From: an uncultured bacterium
GTDB taxonomy: Bacteria; Latescibacterota; Latescibacteria; Latescibacterales; Latescibacteraceae
Length of the DNA stretch: 43,259 bases
Direction of reading: 5' to 3'
NCBI GenBank assembly: GCA_964400815.1
Contig: CAYNWJ010000002.1
Coordinates: 1 to 43,259, forward strand
The stretch's first letter is position 1; each line of letters begins with the position of its first letter. The notes below the pieces were generated by a model, which was not told the origin of the DNA, did not search any database, and saw only the letters and a list, made by a program, of their open reading frames with translations. The position numbers were made by a program, and so were the translations under genes. Below, one piece after another: positions 8,883 through 17,075 of the stretch.

Positions 8883-10166
8883 TCAAGCCCTTTCAGACTC
8901 TTCACGGGCGATCCGGCACCAGGTCCTTACATTTTCAGGATTTCCGCCGATGGTATGATTGTCTTTCATGATGACTTCCAGATGATTGGCGCGGCATGTT
9001 TCCATCGCTGATCTCAGGTCCCTTCTGATGTGATCCGTATCGACCACCGGTACCGCGAGATCGGTGGGCAGAGGTTTCAGGGAATAGATATGGTCGCCGC
9101 CGAGCTGCTCCGCCATAACACGCCGGTCCGCCCAGGGCGAAACGGACACGCGGCGAAGTCCCGGGATCTTCCTGACGAAACGCCACCGCTCGTCCAGCGC
9201 CTCGCAGCAGCCGTAACAGTTGCGTCCGAAACGCTGCATTATCGGCAGTTGATAGGGGAAAATGAATTCCCCGAACATGTCCGGGGACCATGTCGAGGTC
9301 TCCTGGCTTTCGCAAAAGCCCCACATGTCGCATGTCCGGACAGTTTCCCCGTCGAATCCGCCGCCGGGCAGGTCACGGGTCCAGCCGAAACCGCCGGACC
9401 CCACATACGTCCCGTCATTGTTCAGGCTCAGAAGTCCATTTTGCTCGAGAAAATCGAGCCGGGCCAGCGTGCCGTCGCGAAGGAAGCCCATCAGACGTTT
9501 CAGGTCGTCCGGATGATCATAGACATCGTACATGATCTGTCCGAGTCCGCGGATGTTGACCAGCGTCCATGTCATGCCCAGCGTCCACCACCATGTCCCC
9601 CGGCGCTTGACCGCGAGGATCCCCCCCATGACATCCTCAGCAAGGGAGAGAATCCGAGCGCTCGCATCACGGTCGACCGTTATGCGTGGAAAGCGGAGTT
9701 TGTCGAAATCATCGTAGCTCGAAAGCGGCGCCTCCCACACATAGGACCCGCCGCCCGTGCCGCCGATCTTCCGTTCATGCATGCCCCAGTCGGTTTCAAA
9801 ATATATCCATGGAACAGCGAACAGAGGCTCCACCACACGGTCGTCGCCCATGGATTCTCCCCAGAACACTTCCTTCCTGAGCGAGAATTCCCATTCGCGG
9901 GCCAGCATGCCCGTACACGTCAGATCCCCGGGGGGTATTATCTCGTTCCATCCGTTCTCGGGATCGCAGAATATCAGGGGACGCGTGGGTTCGAGCGCGT
10001 TGTGGGCATACCAGAGCCTGCGCTTCTCCTCCTCCTCCGGCCGGGCGGCCAGTTCTGCGACCCGACGGGCGAGTTCGCGCAGGATGGTCCTGTCGCCGTC
10101 GCTGATCGTCATATGCCCGGGGTCTATCGTGCCAGTGGATAATGCCGCCTGGGTCTGGTCCGCCAT
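8883..10166 (-). CDS. Uroporphyrinogen-decarboxylase (URO-D)/MtaA-like TIM-barrel family protein, function unknown
   Basis: 427-aa ORF with ATG at 10166 preceded by GAGGTG 6 nt upstream. The C-terminal half matches the URO-D-family pattern by eye: WSPDMFGEFIFPYQLPIMQRFG, NCYGCCE, GLRRVSVSPWAD, LGGDHIYSLKPLPTDL, IMKDNHTIGGNPENVRTWCRIARE. No signal peptide. Confidence 0.5.
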   Translation of the reverse strand: MADQTQAALSTGTIDPGHMTISDGDRTILRELARRVAELAARPEEEEKRRLWYAHNALEPTRPLIFCDPENGWNEIIPPGDLTCTGMLAREWEFSLRKEVFWGESMGDDRVVEPLFAVPWIYFETDWGMHERKIGGTGGGSYVWEAPLSSYDDFDKLRFPRITVDRDASARILSLAEDVMGGILAVKRRGTWWWTLGMTWTLVNIRGLGQIMYDVYDHPDDLKRLMGFLRDGTLARLDFLEQNGLLSLNNDGTYVGSGGFGWTRDLPGGGFDGETVRTCDMWGFCESQETSTWSPDMFGEFIFPYQLPIMQRFGRNCYGCCEALDERWRFVRKIPGLRRVSVSPWADRRVMAEQLGGDHIYSLKPLPTDLAVPVVDTDHIRRDLRSAMETCRANHLEVIMKDNHTIGGNPENVRTWCRIAREESERA

Positions 10167-10230
10167 TGATTCACCTCGTGAAACAGTGTTTATTCATATC
10201 ACCGTCTCTCATCACTTCGCGTGATTTTCT

Positions 10231-10260
10231 TTGGAACCTTCCACGCTTTATATATATAAT
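10231..10260 (+). promoter_or_regulatory. Candidate sigma70-type promoter (TTGGAA-18 nt-TATAAT) for the PIG-L / beta-helix genes
   Basis: TTGGAA at 10231-10236, an 18-nt spacer, and a perfect TATAAT at 10255-10260. It lies in the AT-rich 180-bp divergent spacer, about 85 nt upstream of ATG 10347. Confidence 0.4.
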
Positions 10261-10346
10261 AATGAAAGAAAAAAACAATACATTTCGCTGCACTCTTGTC
10301 CTGAGTGGCAACGCACGGTTTCCGACCGCGAATGTGAAAGGAACGC

Positions 10347-11150
10347 ATGGAAACGAATCGAACACATACGGCGCTGGCTGTCGCCGCCCATCCCGATGAC
10401 ATAGAATTCATGATGGCGGGCACCCTGCTTCTTCTCGGGGAAGCGGGCTGCGAGACTCACATGTGGAACATGGGCAGCGGTTCCTGCGGGACCGATTCCC
10501 TGCCGGCCGAGGATATTTCAGCCATCAGGATTGCGGAGGCGCGCATGTCGGCGAACCGGGCGGGGGCGGTGCTCCACCCTCCCCTCGCCGAAGATATCGA
10601 AATCTTGTACGACAGGCATCTTGTCTCGCGGGCTGCGGCGGTGATCCGGGAGATCAGGCCGTCGATCATGCTCGTCCCCTCTCCCGAGGACTACATGGAA
10701 GACCACATGAACACCTCCCGTATCGCCGTGACCGCCGCGTTCACACGGGGAATGCCGAATTTCGCCACCGATCCCCCCAGGGAACCGGTTGAAGGCGACA
10801 TCGCCATATATCATGCACTGCCCCACGGTCTCAGGGATCCGCTCAGACGCCGGGTCCGGGCGGGACAGTATGTCGATATTTCGGGAGTATTCGAAAAGAA
10901 ACGCGCCATGCTCGCCTGTCACGAGAGCCAGAAAAGCTGGCTCGACAGAAGCCAGGGCATCGGAACATACCTCGGTCTCATGGAATCCATGAGCAGGGAG
11001 GCGGGCCGGATGTCGGGGCAGTTCGATCTCGCCGAGGGATGGCGGCGCCACCTGCACTGGGGATTCGGACCGGAGCAGTACGATCCGCTTTCCGGGCTGC
11101 TCGGCGAACGGTGTAGTATCGATGCAGACTACGAGAACGATCTCGACTGA
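10347..11150 (+). CDS. PIG-L / LmbE family N-acetylglucosaminyl-type carbohydrate deacetylase
   Basis: 267-aa ORF with RBS AAAGGAA. Signature ALAVAAHPDDIEFMMAGTL (the AHPDD[IE] zinc-binding motif of the PIG-L family). Confidence 0.85.
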   Translation: METNRTHTALAVAAHPDDIEFMMAGTLLLLGEAGCETHMWNMGSGSCGTDSLPAEDISAIRIAEARMSANRAGAVLHPPLAEDIEILYDRHLVSRAAAVIREIRPSIMLVPSPEDYMEDHMNTSRIAVTAAFTRGMPNFATDPPREPVEGDIAIYHALPHGLRDPLRRRVRAGQYVDISGVFEKKRAMLACHESQKSWLDRSQGIGTYLGLMESMSREAGRMSGQFDLAEGWRRHLHWGFGPEQYDPLSGLLGERCSIDADYENDLD

Positions 11151-11217
11151 CCCGGGCCGGCTGACGGTGACACCCAAAGGCCGGACACCATACCACCATG
11201 AAAAGGGAGTGTCATAC

Positions 11218-13182
11218 ATGCGCACCGGAACCTGCGTCGGCATCATCATCCGGGCGGTAGTGGCGACCGTCTGCCTTGCATTCTTTGGAGGAACAACATG
11301 GGCTGAAGACCCGGTGCTGGCCGGAACCTTCACCGTCGAACCCCCGACCCTCGAAAACGCCGGTTTCGAATGGACCATCGAGGGCGATGACAACCGCAAT
11401 GCGCGCGTCGACGTTTCATTCCGCGAAAAGGGCGCGTCGGAATGGCGTGACGGGCTGCCGTTCCTGCGCATCCAGGGAGAACGGATCGTCCATCCGGTTG
11501 TCGATGTCGATTTCACAGCGCCGAACATGTTCGCGGGAAGCATCTTCGGTCTCGAACCGGGGACAACCTACGAATGCCGGTTCATTCTCGGCGACCCCGA
11601 CGGTGTTGCCGGAAAGGCTGAACGGACGGTCGAAATCACCACACGTCCCGAGCCCCCGCAAACGGCGGGCGGGCGCGTGCTGCATGTCTATCCTCCCGGA
11701 TACGAGGGTGAAAAGGAGGAGCCCTCCTTCGTCAGCATCATGGAGGCATATTACGGGGCCGGGAAGAGTCTCTGGGGCAGCGCCACGATCAAGCCGGGGG
11801 ACACGATTCTCGTCCACGCCGGCCTTTACCACTGCGAGCGCCGCCGGTATTACGAGCCTCTGGGCATGCATTTTCACGGCACCTATCACCTCTCCGGAAA
11901 CGGCACACCGGAGCAGCCGATCATCATTCGCGGCGCAGGGGACGGAGAGGTTGTCCTGGATGGCGACGGAGTCTACAGGCTGTTCGACGTCATTTACGCC
12001 GATCACACCCATATCGAGGGGTTGACCATCCGCAACTGCGAGGTGGGGATCATGGCCGGGCTCAGGTTTACCGACGGCTGCGACGGCCTGGTGGTCAGGA
12101 ACTGCCGCTTCGAGAACGTGGGCTGCGGGATCAACGCCCAGTTCGGGGGCAGCAGAAATTTCCATATCGCCGACAACACCATCATCGGACGCGAGGATTC
12201 CACCCACACCCACGGCCGTTCCGGCATGTGGCGGGATATCGGCCCGGTCGCGGACCTCAGCTCGTTCATCGCCATCGACATCAACGGCCAGGGACATGTG
12301 GTCCGCAACAACTACATCGCGAATTTCCACGACGGCATCGACATCACCGAGCAGGGCCCGCCCGAACGCGAGGAATGGAAGGTCGTCTCCATCGACATCC
12401 ACAACAATGACATATTCAACTGCACCGACGACTTCATCGAGGCTGATTGCGGAGTGCACAACATCAGGGTGTACGAGAACCGGGGATTCAATGTGGCCTA
12501 TTTCGCCTATTCCGCCCAGCCCATCTATGGCGGTCCTGCGTATTTCATACGGAACATCGCCTGCCACGCGCCCTCCGGCGGTGCGTTCAAATTCAACATC
12601 CACCCGGCGGGCATTTTCGTCTTCCACAACACCATGATCACCGAGTGGGTCCGCAGCGGCAGCTATTCCAACGTCCATCTCAGGAACAATCTCTTCCTGG
12701 GCACGGACGCCCCGGACAGGCCGATCCTCCGGGCGGGGACCTACACCGAATACACCACCTTCGACTACAACGGCTGCAGGCCGAACCGCAACTCCACCAT
12801 CCAGTTCGACTGGCGGTCCCCCGGCCCGGAAACCTTCGTCACCTATCAGCTCCGCGGGGACGACATCCTGTCCGGCAGGTTCGAAACCCTCGAGGAGTTC
12901 ACCGCGGCCACGGGGAGGGAAGAGCACGGGGTCATCGTCGACTACGATATTTTCCGGAACGTCAGACGGCCCGATCCCGATGATCCGGGGCGGCACTATT
13001 ATCCGCAGGATTTCGACTTCCGCCTGCGGCCGGGATCGAAAGCGGTCGATGCGGGAACGCCGCTCCCCAACATCAACGACGATTTCTCGGGTGAGGCTCC
13101 CGACCTGGGCGCGATCGAGCTCGGCGCCGAGCCTCCCGTCTACGGCCCCCGGCCGTGGCTCTATGAACAGCATTCGCGATGA
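11218..13182 (+). CDS. Secreted right-handed parallel beta-helix repeat protein with N-terminal Fn3-like domain (pectate-lyase-fold polysaccharide lyase/hydrolase candidate)
   Basis: Track ORF 11122..13182 trimmed to ATG 11218 (GGGAG 8 nt upstream). Signal peptide MRTGTCVGIIIRAVVATVCLAFFGGTTWA. Repetitive beta-helix coils: IEGLTIRNCEVGIMAG, LVVRNCRFENVGCGINAQ, HVVRNNYIANFHDGIDI, IDIHNNDIFNCTDDFIEAD, IRVYENRGFN. Confidence 0.75.
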   Translation: MRTGTCVGIIIRAVVATVCLAFFGGTTWAEDPVLAGTFTVEPPTLENAGFEWTIEGDDNRNARVDVSFREKGASEWRDGLPFLRIQGERIVHPVVDVDFTAPNMFAGSIFGLEPGTTYECRFILGDPDGVAGKAERTVEITTRPEPPQTAGGRVLHVYPPGYEGEKEEPSFVSIMEAYYGAGKSLWGSATIKPGDTILVHAGLYHCERRRYYEPLGMHFHGTYHLSGNGTPEQPIIIRGAGDGEVVLDGDGVYRLFDVIYADHTHIEGLTIRNCEVGIMAGLRFTDGCDGLVVRNCRFENVGCGINAQFGGSRNFHIADNTIIGREDSTHTHGRSGMWRDIGPVADLSSFIAIDINGQGHVVRNNYIANFHDGIDITEQGPPEREEWKVVSIDIHNNDIFNCTDDFIEADCGVHNIRVYENRGFNVAYFAYSAQPIYGGPAYFIRNIACHAPSGGAFKFNIHPAGIFVFHNTMITEWVRSGSYSNVHLRNNLFLGTDAPDRPILRAGTYTEYTTFDYNGCRPNRNSTIQFDWRSPGPETFVTYQLRGDDILSGRFETLEEFTAATGREEHGVIVDYDIFRNVRRPDPDDPGRHYYPQDFDFRLRPGSKAVDAGTPLPNINDDFSGEAPDLGAIELGAEPPVYGPRPWLYEQHSR

Positions 13183-13199
13183 CCTGCATCACAGGTGAT

Positions 13200-16100
13200 T
13201 CAATCGACGGTGATTTCGACCGAGAACGCTCCCGCCGGAGCATCGAGCGCGACCGTGCGGCTTTCTGCTACCCAGGTGAAACCGACGGTTTCGGAGCCGT
13301 TCAGCACGACCTTCCGGGGCGGCCCGACGGATCCGAACCTGACCGTCCCCGCCTTCGAGTGATAGCACCTGAACCTTCCGGCGTGCCGTTCGAAGGTCAC
13401 CGGCCGTTCCGCGGAAAGAACGGGACGACCGTCCTGCTCGAACCTGGTCGCAAGCGCCGCGAACACCCGTGCGCCGTCCCATGTAACCGCCAGGGCGTCG
13501 GTGACGAATCCGGCGTTCGACCAGACCGATCCGGGCCCGGTCGTGAATGCGAAATCGACGCCCGCCGCAGCGCCGGCAACATGGCCAGCACCCTCGTTCG
13601 TGACGACATCGATCCCCTCCCCGGCCGCCGTCGTCGTCAGCAGGTTCGCCATGACCAGCGGAACCCCGCCGGTTCTCGCGGTCACCGTCAGCATGCCCTC
13701 CCTTTCGAGCGGCTGCCGCTCCTGGAGGGTCCTGAGATAGTGGGGGGTCTCGACACGTTCCACGGCCCTGCGGGCGGGCGCGAGATGCATGAGGTGGAGA
13801 AGCGCGTCCCCGCTCGCGATGGTGGAGTGATCGGCCGCAGCGGTAATATCGTCCAGTCGCTCCGTCTGGTAGAGCAGAGTGACATCCACATCCCCCTCAC
13901 TTCCGGGCGCTGCCTCGTCCAGCATGAGCAGGGTGCTCGGTTTGAGAAAGAGGACATGGCGACGGAGCCGGTCGACCTTGTCCCAGTAGAGCCGGCCGAT
14001 ATCCCCCGTGGCGAACGCCGCGCTCTCACCGTCGAGAAAGTGGTCGATGAAGGCATGATCGTCGAACCCGTCCGCGATGTATTTCGTGTCGCCCGTCCGC
14101 TGGCTCTGATGGTTGCCGTCGATGAGAATGGTGGAATGCCCCACGGGCTGGGTATACCAGGACTGGTAGAGGGGGCCGCTGTAATATGAACTGCCGTGAC
14201 GCTCCTCGATGAAGATCTCGCCGCGGTCCGCCAGCCAGAACGAGCCCTGGTCGATGTGCTGGTGGTTGACGAAGGGGCCGGCCCGCATGACGAACGCGAA
14301 GGCATCCTTCTCCCAGCCGCTCTTGAAAACGATGTTCCCGATGTCACGGAACACCCTCACCGGGTTCTCGTCGTAGGGATCGTCCCGGGGCACATCCTCC
14401 GTCTCGTACAGGACGTCATAGAAGACATCATCGTTCTTCAGATAATTGTACAGCCAGCCGAGCAGCGGCTCATGGGTCTTGTGGAGCAGCCACGCCCACC
14501 TGTCGAGGGGCCGCAGTCCGCCCGAATCCCCGTAGAAGAAATACACCCTGTCCGCGATTTTTCCCGACCAGACGATCTCGCCATAGGATCCCTCCATGAG
14601 CGGGCTGAAGTCGATGCCGAACACATTGTCCACGCAGGGCAGGCTGCGGGCGAGGGCGCGCATGGCCGTGCTGTAATACCCCATCCCCTCGCCGTAGGAT
14701 TCTCCCGCGGTGAATGTTCCCGTCACGAAATCCCGGAGTTTCAAGAAACTTCCACTGAGCCACGGCTCCAGTGTATCCGTCTCCGGCGCATCGCCATACA
14801 CCGCAGCGTGACACATAAGGGCCCCGCCGATCACGTGGGCGATCCAGTTCGATGTGTCGTTGGTCACCATGTCGTCACGGACATAGGTCCTGAACGCGCC
14901 GTACAGGGCGTTTTTCAGGATCGCCGCCCGCGCCCCGGCCGCCTGTTCGCCGCTCATGAGATCGTGGGTCAGGTCATAGGCGAGGGCCACGCGCTGGTGG
15001 AGTTCGCCGTTGCGCAGATAATCGTACCGGCCGCGTTTGAGCATCCAGGGATGATCCCAGTTCGGGAACGAGGAGATGCGCAGGAGCACATCGCGGGCGT
15101 ATTCCCCGGCCTCTCGGTTCCCCAGGAGCCGGTATTCCAGGGCGTTCCAGTACATGGCGTCCCCCCAGTCGAAAAGCACGCCGGTCCAGCGTCCCCATAC
15201 CGGGAGCGCGTCCTCGTCGGGGAACTGGTCGAAATCCCAGTGGATGCCGTCCACGGGGAGTTCCTCACGGCTCGAGGCGGCGTTCCGCAATATGTCCTCC
15301 TTCACACCGGCGAACCGGGAGCTGTTCAGCCGTTCCTTTATCCATGCTTCACGCCCGGCGTCGAACCAGAGCCGGGGGTGGACGCCGCCGATGTCTTCGG
15401 GCGCCACGATAAAGGACAGCCGGCTTTCGGAAAGCAGATCCCCGCCCCGGTATGCCCTGAGCGCGGCAATGTACATGCCCTCCGGAAAATCGATGCGTAC
15501 CGGACGGAGACGCCATGAACCGTTTCGCAGTTCGAGCGCCGACTCATGGACCACGTCCGAATCATCGAGCAGGGGGGTGACAGCGACCGTAACCCGCCCG
15601 GCATCGAGCGGCCATGTTCCCGCGAGTGCCAACGTATCACCGCGCCGGTAATGGCGGGAAGCCACCCGGGGCTTGAACTCGGTCAGTTCGTGTACCGCCG
15701 GCTCGGCGAAACGGAATTCCATGTCGCGCGCGCCCGTGAAGGTCACATCGTCCAGCCCCAGATAGAAGGGCATCGCCGGATCAGCATCGGGGATTTTTGC
15801 GAGAACGGCAAGAGTGTTGACCTTTATCCTGTCACGGCCGGCAAGTCCGGGATTTTCTCCGATGATCCCGGCGAAATCCACCCTGAGCCATACCCAGCGG
15901 TTTACAGGGGGATCGGGAACGGTGACATCGACCTTGCCGTCGGGTCCCGCCGCGATCCTGAGCTTTATGAACTCGCAGGGAAGGTGGGTTTTCAGGTAGT
16001 ACCGGAGTGACACCGACGATCCGGGCGTCATCCAGGCATCGAAGCGTTTCTGGGCGCCTGCGTAGTTGTCCACATTCGTGTAGGGCGTCACGATCTGCAC

Positions 16101-16346
16101 GAGGGAGATGTTGGAATCGCCGGGTGCGATGGTGTTTACACGGATATTCTGGTCGAAGGCGGTGTCCTGCCAGAGGGGATAGGACGCCCAGGCCGCGAGC
16201 GAACCGCCCTCGAAGTCCTGCGTGTATGCATAGGGCTCGAGCACGGTTTCGGCGCACGATTCGGGTGCGGATGCAAGGATCGGAAAGAAGGCGGCCACTG
16301 CCAGAATCGCTGAAGGAAATACATTGATGACACTGTAAACACGCAT
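13200..16346 (-). CDS. Secreted heparinase II/III-like polysaccharide lyase with about 330-aa N-terminal CBM/Ig-like extension
   Basis: Track ORF 13200..16553 trimmed to ATG 16346 (GGGAG upstream). Signal peptide MRVYSVINVFPSAILAVAAFFPILASA. Heparinase II/III C-terminal signature NHQHIDQGSFWLADRGEIFIEERHGSSYY...GHSTILIDGNHQ. An alpha/alpha-toroid-like middle region precedes it. Confidence 0.8.
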   Translation of the reverse strand: MRVYSVINVFPSAILAVAAFFPILASAPESCAETVLEPYAYTQDFEGGSLAAWASYPLWQDTAFDQNIRVNTIAPGDSNISLVQIVTPYTNVDNYAGAQKRFDAWMTPGSSVSLRYYLKTHLPCEFIKLRIAAGPDGKVDVTVPDPPVNRWVWLRVDFAGIIGENPGLAGRDRIKVNTLAVLAKIPDADPAMPFYLGLDDVTFTGARDMEFRFAEPAVHELTEFKPRVASRHYRRGDTLALAGTWPLDAGRVTVAVTPLLDDSDVVHESALELRNGSWRLRPVRIDFPEGMYIAALRAYRGGDLLSESRLSFIVAPEDIGGVHPRLWFDAGREAWIKERLNSSRFAGVKEDILRNAASSREELPVDGIHWDFDQFPDEDALPVWGRWTGVLFDWGDAMYWNALEYRLLGNREAGEYARDVLLRISSFPNWDHPWMLKRGRYDYLRNGELHQRVALAYDLTHDLMSGEQAAGARAAILKNALYGAFRTYVRDDMVTNDTSNWIAHVIGGALMCHAAVYGDAPETDTLEPWLSGSFLKLRDFVTGTFTAGESYGEGMGYYSTAMRALARSLPCVDNVFGIDFSPLMEGSYGEIVWSGKIADRVYFFYGDSGGLRPLDRWAWLLHKTHEPLLGWLYNYLKNDDVFYDVLYETEDVPRDDPYDENPVRVFRDIGNIVFKSGWEKDAFAFVMRAGPFVNHQHIDQGSFWLADRGEIFIEERHGSSYYSGPLYQSWYTQPVGHSTILIDGNHQSQRTGDTKYIADGFDDHAFIDHFLDGESAAFATGDIGRLYWDKVDRLRRHVLFLKPSTLLMLDEAAPGSEGDVDVTLLYQTERLDDITAAADHSTIASGDALLHLMHLAPARRAVERVETPHYLRTLQERQPLEREGMLTVTARTGGVPLVMANLLTTTAAGEGIDVVTNEGAGHVAGAAAGVDFAFTTGPGSVWSNAGFVTDALAVTWDGARVFAALATRFEQDGRPVLSAERPVTFERHAGRFRCYHSKAGTVRFGSVGPPRKVVLNGSETVGFTWVAESRTVALDAPAGAFSVEITVD

Positions 16347-16738
16347 TGTCGGCTCCCGTCCGGTTGAATGAAACGAACATAAGCGGCCGTATTGATTCGA
16401 ATTGCATTCATCAGCCGTAGATCGACACCTGAGAACTATATAACACAGGAGGGGTGGCCCTGCAAGCGGCAGATGGTCGGCCGGCTGCATCCGGGTTGCC
16501 GGGCCGTTGAAAGGACATACGGCCCTCAAACGGACCCCCGGGACCGGATGCATCAGACCGGTGGCTGCATGAAGCCGGTACCGTGAACCATCACCCGCGC
16601 ATTCCGGAGCCGTGAACGCCTGCTTACAGCGAATTCATACCTGTGCGCCCGATATGGAACACATTGTGCACATCCCATATGAAGAACCTCACCCACGCAC
16701 CGGTGAATGCCGGCGCACAGTCAGACGGGAGGATCGAT

Positions 16739-17047
16739 ATGGACCAGCAGTCTCTCTTCAACGCCTATGTCAAACGGACCAGCGACGTCTTCGAAGACCT
16801 TGAGCGGAAACAGGCCGAGCTCGGCAGACGAAAGGTCGAGCTCATCGACGAACGGGAACGGACAACCCATCACCGGCGCATGGACGAAAGCGACGAAAAG
16901 CTCAAGAGAGCAAAACAGCTCCTGGGAATACTCATGGAAAAAGGCCCGGAACACTGGGACAGCCATCGGAGCGATCTCGACCGGGTCATCGACGATCTCG
17001 AACGTCTGCTGAATGACTCCTCCGGCCAGGACGATTCCGGTTCATGA
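16739..17047 (+). CDS. Small (102 aa) acidic coiled-coil hypothetical protein
   Basis: Track ORF 16643..17047 trimmed to ATG 16739, preceded by GGGAGGA 5 nt upstream. The sequence is rich in heptad-like charged stretches (EDLERKQAELGRRKVELIDERER, KLKRAKQLLGILMEK). No known motif. Confidence 0.5.
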   Translation: MDQQSLFNAYVKRTSDVFEDLERKQAELGRRKVELIDERERTTHHRRMDESDEKLKRAKQLLGILMEKGPEHWDSHRSDLDRVIDDLERLLNDSSGQDDSGS

Positions 17048-17075
17048 CGTTTCGCCCGTTTCGTTTGCCGGCGCA

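Noticed and set aside
8536-9011. Short ORFs (84, 99, 65 aa) in the AT-rich spacer
   Set aside because: They have no RBS, no codon-usage resemblance to neighbouring genes and no motifs, and they partly overlap the URO-D-like gene end. I treat the region as non-coding or regulatory.
9030-10142. 370-aa plus-strand ORF opposite the URO-D-like gene
   Set aside because: It is an antisense shadow ORF with Pro/Arg/Ala-rich content, and the sense gene has a good RBS and family-like motifs. The other smaller ORFs in 8935-10224 are rejected for the same reason.
10518-11543. 341-aa minus-strand ORF overlapping the PIG-L and beta-helix genes
   Set aside because: It crosses the boundary between two well-supported plus-strand genes. 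Its composition is Ser/Pro/Arg-rich and it has no motifs.
11416-13173. 585-aa ORF antisense to the beta-helix gene
   Set aside because: It is a shadow ORF typical of GC-rich DNA. Its composition is Arg/Gly/Ala/Val/Pro-rich and low in complexity, it has no RBS and no recognisable motif, and the sense strand encodes a clearly structured secreted beta-helix protein.
13179-15518. 336-aa and 440-aa plus-strand ORFs (13179..14189, 14196..15518) opposite the heparinase-like gene
   Set aside because: They are antisense shadow ORFs with no motifs. The minus-strand product carries a clear heparinase II/III signature across the same region.
16392-16586. 64-aa ORF (or the 37-aa MVGRLHPGC.. version) in the lyase upstream spacer
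   Set aside because: The nearest GGAGG lies 18 nt or more from the internal ATG, and I have no evidence of conservation. It is probably non-coding.
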